Shown here piece after piece: positions 1-12,999 of a DNA stretch of 64,000 bases. The position numbers and the translations under genes are program-made. The notes under the pieces were generated by a model. That model saw only the letters and a program-made list of their open reading frames with translations. It did not search any database and was not told the origin of the DNA. Positions within the stretch are counted from its first letter, which is position 1. Every line of letters starts with the position of its first letter. The stretch is from Octopus vulgaris (Eukaryota): contig OX597833.1 in the NCBI GenBank assembly GCA_951406725.2, positions 31,062,001 to 31,126,000 of the forward strand, given 5' to 3'.

Positions 1-690
1 TCATAGGTCTGAAGGTAGAATTAGCTGCTAAATCTTGTTCCAATCGTATACTTTACTCTCTTAAATAAAGGAGTACACCTTAAACAATGTAGTCAATGAT
101 ATATCAAGAGACAAAATAGTAATGGCTGGAAAGCCTCTGTTAAGGTCTGTTTGATCAGGGCTAAAAAACATCTCTCCTAATCATACCTACTGGAAAAGTT
201 GAATGCAGCACTATAAGATAATAAACTTCTCAATTTTATACTACTACTGCTATAAATAGTAATTACTTGTCTGTATTTTGTGGTACCCACTTATGAGTAA
301 GTGGACTGAGTTATTTCAGAGTTAAATATATTGGCCACATCCACAGTATGTCTGTCTGGTAAACAAACTGAGTGTATGTACTCTCACTATCTAGAATTGG
401 TAACAAATTAATAATTTTTTAATCAAGTCAGGCTTGGTAGGTAGTTGTATTGAACAGAGATAGAGAAATTTTCCTTCAGCTATTGCTGATATAATCACCA
501 AAACTATATTTTCTTTGTCTCTTATCATCTTTAAGTCTTGCCCACTGAACTGAATATACTTTACTCTTTTATTTGTTTCAGTTATTTGACTGCAGCCATG
601 CTGGAGCACCACCTTTAGTCAAACAAATCAACTCTAGAACTTATGCCTTTGTTTGAAATCAATATTTTCTGTCCAATATAGGTAGAAAAG

Positions 691-748
<58 letters not shown>

Positions 749-2136
749 CTAGCCTTAGGTGCAGGGCCCAATTGACTGAGATGAGGGGTGAATTTCCAAG
801 GGTCCACCCTTCCCCACTCCCTCCGATTTCTGTTGAAAAAATTATTTGCAGCATATTAAATTAGATTAGTTGATAGCACAAGAAAAAAAAAACAAGGAAA
901 AACATTATTTCTCACCAAAATCGAGTTGGGTATTAAACTGTAAATTTACCAAAAACTTTCACCATCAGCGAAACTACATCTAAACTATGCTTTTTAAAAA
1001 TATTCTGGCAAAAATTGGAAAGAAATTTAACAAGAGCCTAAAGAAACTTTTATCTGTTGCATGATGTTATGCTAAAAGAGATATACATAAAAAGCAAATT
1101 AATAATTAGAATATTTTGGAAGCTGGTTATATACTTACCTTATATTTTTTCTATAACCTCTGTTGTAGAAAACAAGGTCCTGTCTGTGTGACAAGAAGCC
1201 TGTTTCTTAACTTATTAATTACTGTTAATAGCAGTACCACTGTGGCAGCAAATGTCTCCTACTATAGCCTCCCTCTCCGTGTGTGTGTGGTTGTGCATTT
1301 GTGCATGTCCAAAAACCTGAATGGGTGTCATTGCAAAGAGATTTTTGTCTTTTGAACAAGACGAGAAATTTTATCTCACCTCTCCCATCTCTCTTTCACT
1401 GTATACACACATGCACACACACACATGCATGCATATGTGTATGTATACAATTCAACACACACTAAAAAATACATATACATACAATCATACACATACTAGC
1501 ATAAACATACATATGCATACATTCACACAATACAAAGATCTCAACCAAACCAAACCACTATGAAAATTAAACTTTGTTTAATCATGTCTCTTTTATCATT
1601 CTTGCTTTATTTTTTGCTTTTTAATACATACACAGAAACACACTCACACACAAAATACACTTCATTGAAATAAAAATGTTTCCTCAAAATTAAACATATA
1701 CAAAGTATATTTATAGCAATTCATGCACAAACATATACACACACACATATATATATATATATACAATTTTCCATACACTTAAACAACTACATACATACAT
1801 ACTCTCTCACATACAAATATTTTGCACAAACGTACCCATAAACACTCCCAAACATTCACATACATACGTGCATACATACAATTGACCCTTACACTAAAAA
1901 TACAAGCAAGGCTGATCCAAACAATTTCGGATGAATGGGTTTATCTTTTGGTATCTTGTGTCGCTAAAGTATGCTTTTTTAAAGGAGCATTTCTATGTAG
2001 ATTTTTGTTAAACTTCAGGGAGACCACCTTCCTAAAATTTCAAAATTTCGTAGTAGAGGATGTGGCCTCCTTGAGCACGGGGCCTGATTGGGAACAATCT
2101 GTCCAATTTGTTTAAGGCTGGCCCTGTATGTATATG

Positions 2137-2164
<28 letters not shown>

Positions 2165-2167
<3 letters not shown>

Positions 2168-2365
2168 TCTTTTATTCTTTTCAGTCATTTGACTGTGGTC
2201 ATGCTGGAGCAGCACCTTCAGTTGAACAAACCGACCCTATGACTTATTCTTTGTAAGCCTAGTACTTATTCTATCAGTCTCTTTTGCCGAACTGCTAAGT
2301 TACGGGGACATAAACACACCAACATCGATCATCAAGTGATGGTGGGGAGACACACTGACACACAC

Positions 2366-2419
<54 letters not shown>

Positions 2420-2583
2420 GACGGGCTTCTTTCAGTTTCTGTCTACCAAATCCACTCACAAAGCTTTGGTCTGACCGAGGCTATAGTAGAAGACACTTGT
2501 CCAAGGTGCCACATGGTGGAACTGAACCTGGAACTATGTAGTTTGTAAGCTAGCTACTTACCACACAGCCACTCCTGCACCTA
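2165..2583 (-). mobile_element. tRNA-derived SINE, family A (octopus-type), near full length
   Basis: Reverse complement of the copy at 13735-14163: head gtggctgtgtggtaagtagc, B-box-like ggttcagttcc, internal (TA)n/(TG)n, tail gctccagcatgaccacagtcaaatgactgaaa. Ends approximate. Confidence 0.8.
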
Positions 2584-2590
2584 TATATAT

Positions 2591-2691
2591 CAACAGCCTG
2601 AAGAAAAAGCAAAAAAGTTATCTGCTGAAGACTATCTTATTTGGTGGAAATTATTCAATTATTCAGCTCCTTCTTGTGGAAATGAAATGAA

Positions 2692-2744
<53 letters not shown>

Positions 2745-2901
2745 TTTCATTTCATTTCCACTAAAACCTAGGGCTAAGTACTGTTCACAAGTAGGAGCTG
2801 GGTGTGCAAGAGTGCTTGTCACACCTTTAATTCATTGAATAATTTCCACCAAATAAGATAGTCTTCAGCAGATAACTTTTTGTTTTTTCTTCAGGCTGTT
2901 G
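2591..2901. repeat. Nested inverted repeat (hairpin) around a (TA)n tract, probably derived from a Penelope-like terminal repeat
   Basis: 2591-2659 is the near-perfect reverse complement of 2834-2901. The inner gtggaaatgaaatgaaatatat / atatatttcatttcatttccac pair brackets (TA)n. Confidence 0.65.
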
Positions 2902-4446
2902 GTCTTTACTTTTGAATATGGTGTTAAAAATGAAATATCTGCTGTGGTATGTTATTCTTTCTTGTGTGTGTTTTATTTATTTCATATCAGTATTCTTGCA
3001 GTGGAAGGTGGGGGTAGAGTATGGAAGAAATGGAATAAAGAAATTAATTTATAATTTTCATTTTTTAAACACTTCTTTAAATACATATATTCTTATTCAT
3101 GGTGCTTGCATACACCATCCCAACTGCTGGCTTGAATTAGATCTTCTACTAAACATTTTTATAAGTTATATGTTTGTGTGTGTACGGAGAGAGATGTGTA
3201 TGTATATAACACATGCACTTATGTTGAGCCTATGCAAGAATTTTCATTTAAATGTCCACTGCATATTTCCAAAAACTAATAGTTCAGAATTTATGATTAT
3301 ACCTCTTTCCTCTCCTTCACACATCACCACTGCCACCTTCACCTTCTTCAATTTTTTTTCTGCCAGGAGTGGAGGGTACCATTTTACTACATTTGGGTTT
3401 AAAAATTTTCATTTTATTTGTTATGAATATAAAGAATTCAAAATGGAATTTTTTTCATATGATATTTTTAAAATAAAGATTCTTTCTGGGGATAACTTAA
3501 ATTTATGAATTGTTTTTAAATTTGAGAAATGAATAAATAAATATTTTTCAAATGCTTGCTATTTCACTTCTGTATTGTGTGTATCTGTGTATGTAGTGAA
3601 AGTTACTCCTTGGGCTGGTTGACTACATAGAAACTATGTGAGCTACATGGAAACTGCACAGAGCTCTTATTTATTTTTTAAGGGCATGTCCATGTTTTGT
3701 TCAGGAAGATTCAAATTGTAACAGGTTTGGGAAAGAGTCACAAGAACAAGCAACTAAAACAACCTGTCCGGTATTCATTGTTGTTACTCATGCACTGATT
3801 GAATAGCTATGACCATCTTATTTTCTCCTAAACAGTGCACCTTTTTAAGACTGTAAAGTATGATTTAATGGAAATGTAGCTGCCTTTACTTGCATGTTGA
3901 GTAATCACCCAAAAGTTCTTGTCTATAATGATAGAGATGGTATTCAGTTATATGAAGCCCCACCCATTTGGAGCAAAACAATAACGTTAAAAACTGTGTC
4001 AACTGAAACATCAACAGAGCTAGCATTGAGAGTGCTAGTGCTTTTAAGAGTTGATGATCAAGGTTTATTATTATTGCTTGTGTTGGGAGCCAACTCCCAA
4101 AGGTTTTGCTAAATTTTGTTGGAATAATTTGTTTATTGTTAAAATTTTTTTGTCAAATTCTTAAATAAGAATTTCTGCTTCTCTGAGTGAAGACAGGGAG
4201 TGTCAAATTGTGCTGTAAAGGGCACACTTTTCATAATATCTGTTTTTATCTTTCTTTCCTCTCATTGGAATTGTGTCATTGTTAATGCCCACAAACAGCT
4301 TGAATGAGGAAGTAGTAGGAATACATACTACTACCAGCTTCATGAGAGAGCAAACTCTCAAGAATTGTGACAACATTTTTAACAACACTAATAACAGTGT
4401 CACCAGCAACAACAACAGCACCACTGAGAGCAGCAGCTACAACAGT

Positions 4447-4780
4447 GGAGGTGCAATGGCCCAATGGTTAGGACAGTGAACTCGCGGTCGAAGGATCGCG
4501 GTTTCAATTCCCAGACCAGGTGTTGTATGTGTTTATTGAGCGAAAACCCCTAAAGCTCCACGAGGCTCCGGCAGAGGGTGGTGGCGACCCCTGTTGTACT
4601 CTTTCACCCCAACTCTCTCTCACTCTTTCTTCCTGTTTCTTGTCCCCGACTTCCTACGCAGCTGCTGAGCCTGGATGCACATTTATCCATCTGTCGATGC
4701 TCTCGGTGTCGGGGGTTGACCTGCTTTCTCTTCTGCGAGTCTTACGAATAGCAAAGGACCACGGCTCGGACTGGACCACT
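4447..4780 (+). mobile_element. tRNA-derived SINE, family C
   Basis: A-box-like tggcccaatgg and B-box-like ggtttcaattccc in a tRNA-like head. Possible TSD caacag at 4440-4445 and 4781-4786. Confidence 0.7.
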
Positions 4781-5038
4781 CAACAGCAACAGCAGCTACA
4801 ACAACAACATTAACAAAAGCAATATAAACAGGAGCAATGCTAGTGGCAACATTCTGCTCATGGAAGAGGAGGAAAAAATTTCATCAATTTCATTTCAAAG
4901 TTCAACTGATATAGTAGCAAATGAAAGTAACTGTAAAAGCGGCAATATTAGTAAAAGTAAACACAGCAGCATCAATAATAACAAAGGCAATGGTGATAGC
5001 AACAGCGGCAGTGGGAGCAGCAGTAAAAATAGTAGCAA

Positions 5039-5270
5039 AGGTGGCGAGCTGGCAGAAACGTTAGCACACCGGGCGAAATCCTTAGCGGTATTTCATCTGC
5101 TGCTACGTTCTGAGTTCAAATTCCGCCAAGGTCAACTTTGCCTTTCATCATTTCGGGGTTGATTGAATAAGTACCAGTTACACACTGGGGTGGATATAAT
5201 CAACTTAATCCGTTTGTCTGTCCTTGTTTGTCTCCTCTGTGTGTAGCCCCTTGTGGGCAGTAAAGAAATA
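5039..5270 (+). mobile_element. tRNA-derived SINE, family B, with 17-bp TSD
   Basis: Head ggtggcgagctggcagaa, B-box gagttcaaattcc. TSD agtaaaaatagtagcaa at 5022-5038 and 5271-5287. Confidence 0.85.
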
Positions 5271-6463
5271 AGTAAAAATAGTAGCAACAGTGGCAGCAGC
5301 AGTAATGTCAAAATTGGCCGAAAGAACAATGATGAGGGCAGTGGAAGTGACAGCAGCTGTGGTGGGAGCAATAGTAGCAACAGCAACAAGGTTTCTTTTA
5401 CTGGAGTGGTTGCCATAAAAGAACTTTATACTCTCTCCTTGGGTGATAAGCATTAAAAATTAGTGGATGCCACTAGAGTTAGGAAAATTGAAGCGAGAAC
5501 AGCCAATCACCCTCTCCCCTTCGGAAGCTCTAGCTACAACTGTTGCAAAAACTGATATCTAGATGTATTATTGTAAAAACTTTTCAACTTGAGATGAGTA
5601 TGAATGCCCATATAGAAAAGGATCCTCACAATGTATGGCAGGACACCAACCATATATCTAGGCAAAGTAGTTTGGCAGGAATAAGGCCATATGTAAGATC
5701 AGAGTCCTTGCATTACAACACTCACTAGTCGCCTGCCACAATGAGGACTTCATTCTCTTCCCTGTTTATGTGGAAAGAAAAGTGGTAAGGCCCAGTACCC
5801 AGGGTACCAGCAGAATTAGACCTCTGGTGGATCCTCACATGTGTAGTGTTGGCATGGACGAAAATATAGAAACGAACATTTTTTCGAATAACGCAAAAAA
5901 TAAACAGAGAAACGAGACATACAACATAAAGAATATTCCCCTTCTTCAGTTGTCCCTGTTTCATCCACTCTGTGGTGCAAAGCCAAGGACAAGACGTGAC
6001 ATCATTGAAACAATCCTTCCCAGAAAGCAAATTAAATCAAATTTGGGATTGTTTGCAGAGGGTGAAAGTGGTAACAAGAACAGGACAGTGAGAACAAAGC
6101 AGTAAAAACAAATGGTGAGGGCTGTTAAGCCAAGACGATAGATAAATTATTATGAACGCTAGGAAGATGAGCTTATGAAGGAGACAGTATAAGCACGTTT
6201 AGTCTTTACGATGGTAGTGGACAGAAAGATAGATTCTCTTTTGTCACGCGTCAGTGACAAGAGAGTCGAGGAGTGAGAGAGAAGGAACAGAGAAGAGGAG
6301 AGGAGAAGAATAGGGAAGGGTGGGAGAGAAAACCAGAAAGGATGAAGAACAAGAGAAGGAGAGAGATAAATAGAGAAGAGATAGTAAAGATAGAAGAGTG
6401 CGCATCGTAATTATTGAGATAAAACTTGGAAAAGATGCATGGCGTTCAATCATATATATATAT

Positions 6464-7765
6464 TGTTACGCCGCCACTCAGGCCCAAGGCCTTCTGATTC
6501 CACCACGGGCCCTCACTCCAGGAACAGCCCGCTTGCGACGGCACTCAATAAACCGGAAATCCACCACGGGAAGAGGGGGAAGGCAGCGAACGCAGCCAGG
6601 ACCAAGACAACAACAAAGAAAGGAAGAGACACAGCGGAAGTTGCGTAATTCAGCAATTTTGTTTTTTAACAAAACCAAAGCATTTACAACAAAGGTTAAC
6701 AACATAATACAGAGTTCGGAAAACAAATCATTTGCATTTAAACATAATACAGAGTTTGAAAACAAAGCAAATCATTAACATTTAAACACATTGCGGAGTC
6801 GATTCTCCTCAAGCAAATCATTTACATTTAAACACAATGCGGAGTACCTTCCCCTTTTTAACACAACAGTTCTCAAAAGTTCCACTTTCCTCTTTTCTTT
6901 TCTATCTCTTCTTCTAACACAGAGAGCTCGTTCTGAAAGATTCCTTCTGCTTTTTTAAAAAAACATTTCCAAGTTCTTTTTTTTCTTTTCTTTTCAACAG
7001 TTTACACCAGAGTCTCTTCTTTTCATTTCAACAACACATCGTCTCTTCTCTTCTTTTTTTTTTACATTTAAGCAAACACAACGATTTTTCTTTTTTTCAT
7101 TTAAACATCAGAATTCAAAACATACAGAAAAACAACATTTACCAGAACATTTGTTTCTTAAATTCGCGTCCGCAACAATTTAACTTCACAAACTCCCACT
7201 ATAGTAGCATAGCTTCTTCATGTATCGATTTCAAGGAGGGTGATGAGGTGTGGTTTCATAATCCCCGGCGGAAGAGAGGGCAGTCTCCGAAGCTGCAGAA
7301 TCCTTGGGAGGGACCTTACACAGTGATGAATCGCCTGTCCGATGTGACGTACCGGATTCGAGGAGGCAGGAGGTCTTCTCCGAAAATTGTGCATGTGAAC
7401 CGTCTGTGACTGTCAACTTCTTGGCTGCCTCTCGTCCTGTCATCTCTCACACTGACCGCCTGTCTCTCTCTCTCTCACTGACTCTTTAACTTAATGCTAC
7501 CCGTATTTATAACGGCCGGCAGCAAGAAGAAGAGAGACATTGTAGGACAGCAGTGTGTAGATCCCTTCCCAACATTTTTAAAAAACTTTCCGTGACCGTG
7601 TGGGGCCATAGATCAGTGCATACGGCCATTAATAATCGTGCTCTTTGACAGGACAAAGGAAATACCAATGTCCTGAACAACTGGAGCGCCGGCTTGATTC
7701 CAACTAATGGAACAAGGGGCATAATGTTTTTTTGTTTGTTTACATTTTCTTTGGCGCCCGTAACA
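6464..7765 (-). mobile_element. 3' LTR (~1.3 kb) of Gypsy element B
   Basis: Termini TGTTACG...CGTAACA. Directly adjacent polypurine tract gggagggggtag (minus strand, 7766-7777) follows the integrase end. Short internal tandem repeats at ~6700-6845. Confidence 0.75.
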
Positions 7766-10575
7766 CTACCCCCTCCCTAGGCTTTTCGTCGTCCCGACAA
7801 AAGCACACTACAGTCGTATCCAGACAACCTTCTCAACAGGTGAGCCCAACCTCTGAAGGCGTGCTCCAGCTGAACTGGCCAGACCCATGGTACTTCCACA
7901 GACGGTTCGCATGCACAATTTTCGGAGAAGACCTCCTGCCTCCTCGAATCCGGTACGTCACATCGGACAGGCGATTCATCACTGTGTAAGGTCCCTCCCA
8001 AGGATTCTGCAGCTTCGGAGACTGCCCTCTCTTCCGCCGGGGATTATGAAACCACACTTCATCACCCTCCTTGAAATCGATCTCACTAGCCCTGGTGTTA
8101 TGCTGACACTTCATCACCTCACCCGAAAATTTCAGAGCCTCTAACTTGCTGGTGTACCTCAGTCAGCCTCTCCTGCAGATGTTTCACATAGCTGGAAGTT
8201 TCCCTGGGTAGATCTTCACCCGGAGGTCTTCCTATCAACAGATCAACTGGGAGCCTTACTTCATGGCCCAACATCAACGATAAGCGAGCAATAGCGCAGG
8301 TAGCTTCAAATCGCATTCCAACTGTCCTTCTACACAATATTTGGCTAGTTCTTGCCCCAGTGTCCAGTTAAACCTCTCCACCATCCCGTCCGACTGTGGT
8401 CTCATTGGGGTCGTTCTGGTCTTCTTAATCCCCAACAGCTTACAACACTCCTGGAACACAGCTGATTCAAAGTTCCTACCTTGATCGGAATGCAACTCCT
8501 GGGGCACACCAAACCGACAGAAGAACTGATCTACCAACACTTGCGCAACAGATGTGGCCTCCTGATCACGGATGGTATATGCCTCAGACCACTTTGTGAA
8601 GTAGTCCATGGCCACTCATATATATCTATTGCCTCTTTCCGTGAGTGGCAACGGTCCAGCAATATCCACAGCTATCCTTTCCATGGGCACACCCACTTGG
8701 TATAACTGCAGAGGGGCACACCTCCGCTTCCTTGGTCCCTTCTTGGCGCAGCATACATCATAAAATCGACACCATTCCTGGACGTCCAGACGCATGCCCG
8801 TCCAATAGAATCTGTGCCGCAGCCGATTCAGCGTTTTCTTGACGAGATGTCCACTCGTAATTTGGTTGTGAGCTTCCTCCAGCAACTCAGGTCTCATCTT
8901 CTTGGGTATCACCAACTGCCAATACTTATTGAGGCCTCTCAAGCAACCCGTCATTCAGACGAAGAAGGTCCCACTGGCCCCAATAGCTCTTAGTTTCAGG
9001 GCTGAACCTGGATATCTCCTCCCAAGATGGTCTCGCTGCTTCCTGCTGCAGCCACTCTACCACTGGCCATAAATCGGCATCTTCCACCTGTCCCCTCTGT
9101 GCTTCTACAGTTGACACTGTAGTACGTTTGTTCTTTGTACTTTGCACTTCTGTCCTTGCACAATACTTGCAGTCCGGCTCACAAGGACGACGACTCAAAC
9201 TGTCTGCATCACCATGTACCCGCCCCGGACGGTGTTGTACCTCATAGTTACGTTGGTCCAGTTTCCCTAGCCAGCATGCTAATTGTCCCACTGGGTTCTG
9301 TGGTGTCCTCAGCCACTCGAGTGCTGCACGGTTCGTTCTGATGGTAAAGTGCGAACCCTACAGGTACGGACGGAAAAAGTCGACGCTCCTCATCACTGCC
9401 AAAAGCTCCTCACGGGCAGCACAGCAGTTCCGCTCGAGTGGACTAAGCTTTTTATTGAAAGACGCCACCACATATTCCTTGTCGCCCTTCCTCCGTAGCT
9501 TGTGCAACAGTGCAACCACTGCAGCAAAGTCTTTCACAAAGCACCTATAATAGGTGCACAGTCCTAACAGACTTCTCGATTCTTTTACACCAGTAGGAAC
9601 CGGCCAATCCTTCACTGTCGCTTTCCTCAACGCTCTATAGCCCACATAGCATCTCGCTGTACCGTCTCCATTCTGCACAACAATTGCTGACGACCAGGGA
9701 CTGCTCGGCCTTTTCACTACTCCTTGTCATCGATATCCTTTCATTTCCCGCCGCCGAACTGGAACCATCCTCCGAGCTCGCTGCTTCCTCGAGCGATGGC
9801 CGCCCGGGTCGATATAGCGCTCCACCAGGTCCGTGCGACCAACGTCCAGATGTCCTGCACACCTCGCGACCAGCTGCTTCATCCGCAACACCCGAGTGCC
9901 AACCAAGCACCGGGGACTCCGTGAGAACCGCTCCTGCAACTGCACAGGCAGACTACCACCTCCTTCAACTGCTCTCCTGTAGTGACGCAACTGATCCTGC
10001 CGCTGGTCCACTGCCTGGCACAGTCCCTTGATTTGCCCTCTACAAATCGCTTGTGCCACTTCCGAGAAATTGGCCAACCCAACCAGCGCTTTATCTGCTC
10101 CCGCCTCTACCAGGGTCCGTCCGACCCTCACTCGAGCTTACACCGTGCACTGCCTGTCAGACTCCACCAGCTCCAAGTAGCCATCAAACACAACGCTCAC
10201 ACGACACTGGAGCAGTCTTCCTGATCTTGGTGGTACTACCATCGTCCGCAGCGCTTTCGCCTCGTTACCAGGCTTGGTCCTCTTTGCCGCCTTAACCAAA
10301 AGGCTTCCTGGCTGACAGGCCATCGATGCCTGTGGCTTCTTCCCAATGGACACTACACCGCTATCCTGAATCCTGGGAGACAAGGGTCCAGATGTTGAAG
10401 CATTAAGACACGGAACGGCAACAGCAACTACCTCAGATTCAGCAGGCTCTTTGGGTTCAGCAACCTCAGACTCAGCACGCTCTTCGAGTTCAACAGCCAC
10501 TTCAGCAACCACTTCAGGTCCGGCAACCACTACAGGTTCAGCAACACAAAGTTCCTCTGGTGCACTTACAAGTGT
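7766..10575 (-). pseudogene. pol: Gypsy element B internal region: frameshifted pol with RT core deleted, RNase H remnant and integrase
   Basis: Motifs across fragmented ORFs: PSSPWSSAIV (RT start), WPVP..LGLCTYY, REELLAV and HRPGRVHGDADSLSR (RNase H), H..GHL..C..C zinc finger, IAVDIAGP / HSDQGRNFES / GMVERFN (DDE), WEGPYTV (GPY/F). No YxDD motif is present. GC-rich relative to flanks. Confidence 0.85.
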
Positions 10576-10576
10576 G

Positions 10577-10748
10577 AAAAACACTTTTTAGTCTAATAAC
10601 ATGTTGGTAAATATATGTTAGCCGACTATTAATAAGATTATATTTATCAAAGACATCACTGAAATCACAAAATTTCTCGAAGTTCTTAGGTGTACTATTA
10701 ACACATTCTATTAATAATCTTATTAATAGTCGGCTAACATATATATAC
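10577..10748. repeat. Unit of the ~120-bp AT-rich satellite with a 31-bp inverted repeat
   Basis: Same unit as 13000-14384. atatatgttagccgactattaataagattat (10611-10641) recurs inverted at ~10714-10745. Confidence 0.7.
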
Positions 10749-12550
10749 TGTAGCAATAGCCATTTTAGCCATTTTGAAATGTGGCGCGAATTGGCAATAT
10801 GACGTAATGTCTTTGCCGAGGAATTGTCATTTTCGTTCTTTTCCCATTGGTTAGTATAACTGCTCATATAAAGATTCTAGAAGTTTCATTAAAGTTGATA
10901 TCAAGTCGTTTTGTTTGGCCTGGTATGAATAAAGATATTCGTTCTTGGGTTAAGTCATGTATGCAATGTCAAAAATCAAAAGTACAGCGTCATATCAAAG
11001 CACCATTAGGTACATTTGCAAATCCAGATGCGAGATTCCAACATATCCACATCGATATAGTTGGACCTTTAACTCCATGTGAGGATAATATATATTTGTT
11101 GACGTGTATCGATCGCTTTTCGAGATGGCCCGAGGCTTATCCGAAAAAAGACGTATCTGCAGTAACTATAGCAAAAACCTTATTTACCAATTGGATGTCT
11201 AGATTTGGCATCCCAAATACAGTGACAACAAATCGTGGTAGACAATTTGAGTCTAGCTTGTTCGGAGAATTCAATAAATTGTTGGGGATTAATAGAATTC
11301 ATACAACTTCATATCACCCACAATCTAACGGAATGATAGAAAGGTTCCATAGGCAGTTGAAATCTTCATTAAGAACTTATTCTGATTCTAACAGTTTGCT
11401 AGAAGCCTTACCAGTCGTGATGTTAGGAATTAGAAGTGCTGTTAAAGAAAATATACAATATTCTCCGGCTGAACTTGTACGGAACAACATTAACTCTACC
11501 TGCTCAAATGTTCGAAGAAACTAATTCTTTTAATGGAGATGTTAATGATTATGTAACTCGTCTTAAGAGATTTCTTACAGATATTCCTTCTTTTACAAGA
11601 AAATTGCAAAATGTTAAAAGCTTCGTTCCTTCTGATATAAAATCTTGGACACATGTATTTGTACGTAACGATGCTGCTCATAATTCACTGAAATATAAAT
11701 ACACCAGACCTTTTAAAGTCTTGTCAGTTAGAGACAAAACTATGACTTTCGAAATGAATGGAAAAAAAGAAATTGTCAGTGTCGACAGAGTAAAAAAAGC
11801 TTATTTCGACCAACATTCATGTCATGAAAATGAAGATGTGAGCAATACATATCAACATAACTTGAAACAAAATGATATTCAAAGAAACAAATCCAATGTT
11901 AATGGAAAAACAAAGTCAATTTTGAAATTACCTACAGATGTGAAAAAGACTAGAAGTGGCAGAATGGTACATTTTCCAAAAAAACTTTCTCAGTTCGTTT
12001 GAGGATTTTCAAAAATTTTGTTTATATTCCTGGATTACATATATATAAAAAAAAAAAAAATTTTGCAGTGAAATGAAATGAACATTATAATTGTAAGCCA
12101 TATTGGAAAGGCTAATTTTATATGTTTAACATGTAAATTATAAATGCATTTGTATATATTGATATGTTGTAACCATTAATTAAAATGTTGTATAAAAAAA
12201 ATATGTATTACGAATTTCCTTTCGCAAAATTTTAACAATTTTTCTGGCGAGAGGCTGATGTAGCAATAGCCATTTTAGCCATTTTGAAATGTGGCGCGAA
12301 TTGGCAATATGACGTAATGTCTTTGCCGAGGAATTGTCATTTTCGTTCTTTTCCCATTGGTTAGTGTAACTGCTCGTATAAAGATTCTAGAAGTTTCGAA
12401 AAGAATGTTTGTCCTGAATTTCGATTCTTTTTGATCAGGTTGAGCAGTTATAAAAACCCTGGATTTGTGGAGAGACTTTAGTGTTCGTTCGGTAGTCATT
12501 TAACTCCACGACACTCACTCTTTTGGAGACATCGGTAAATTTTTATGCCA
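10749..12550 (+). mobile_element. Gypsy element C (CsRN1-like, same family as 19166-28970), internally deleted
   Basis: First 139 bp of the LTR (10749-10887, TGTAGC start) is fused directly to integrase. PPT ggcgagaggctga precedes a 3' LTR starting at 12259 with the same sequence. Right end is uncertain. Confidence 0.85.
10888..12002 (+). pseudogene. pol: Integrase remnant with one frameshift
   Basis: [32 protein letters not shown] and C-terminal KTRSGRMVHFP. Closely similar to 23392-25241 on the minus strand. Confidence 0.85.
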
Positions 12551-12999
12551 TGTCTACGTTAATCACAAATCTATTTTGATTTATTAGTTAGAAAAAGAAA
12601 TTAGCTAAGGAATTTAAAGTCGTTTTTCTTCACGACTAAAGTATCTTTCTTATTGTAAATAAATATAAAATGTTATATTTATATAATAAAAAATAATTAA
12701 AAAGGAAATGTTTCTCTTCACGTTTGTTTCTCAACTGAGTATAGATAAATATGCATTTCTGTAATCTTTGTTTTATGTTTCTTATAGCGGTTTAAAGGAC
12801 ACGATTAAAATATTCAACGTACATGGTCGTTGAGTTAGTGTTCCATGCATATATGTCTATATGACGTTACAACTGCAGTTAGGGTTAAAGATATAATAAC
12901 ACTTTAGTATAAGTGATGATAAATCATTATAGTTTCCCTTACTCAGAGGAAAGCCTAAATAAATAATATAACTTAAGAGAAAGCTTAAGGTAGAATAAA

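Noticed and set aside
2912-3508. 198-aa ORF
   Set aside because: TTG start, F/I/L-rich translation of AT-rich DNA and no recognisable motif.
4447-4520. tRNA-like sequence
   Set aside because: It is a SINE head with A and B boxes running into the SINE body. No convincing cloverleaf.
10138-10584. 148-aa E/V/A-rich ORF as a separate gene
   Set aside because: Contiguous with the GC-rich Gypsy B interior and begins in satellite DNA. Likely a retroelement linker remnant.
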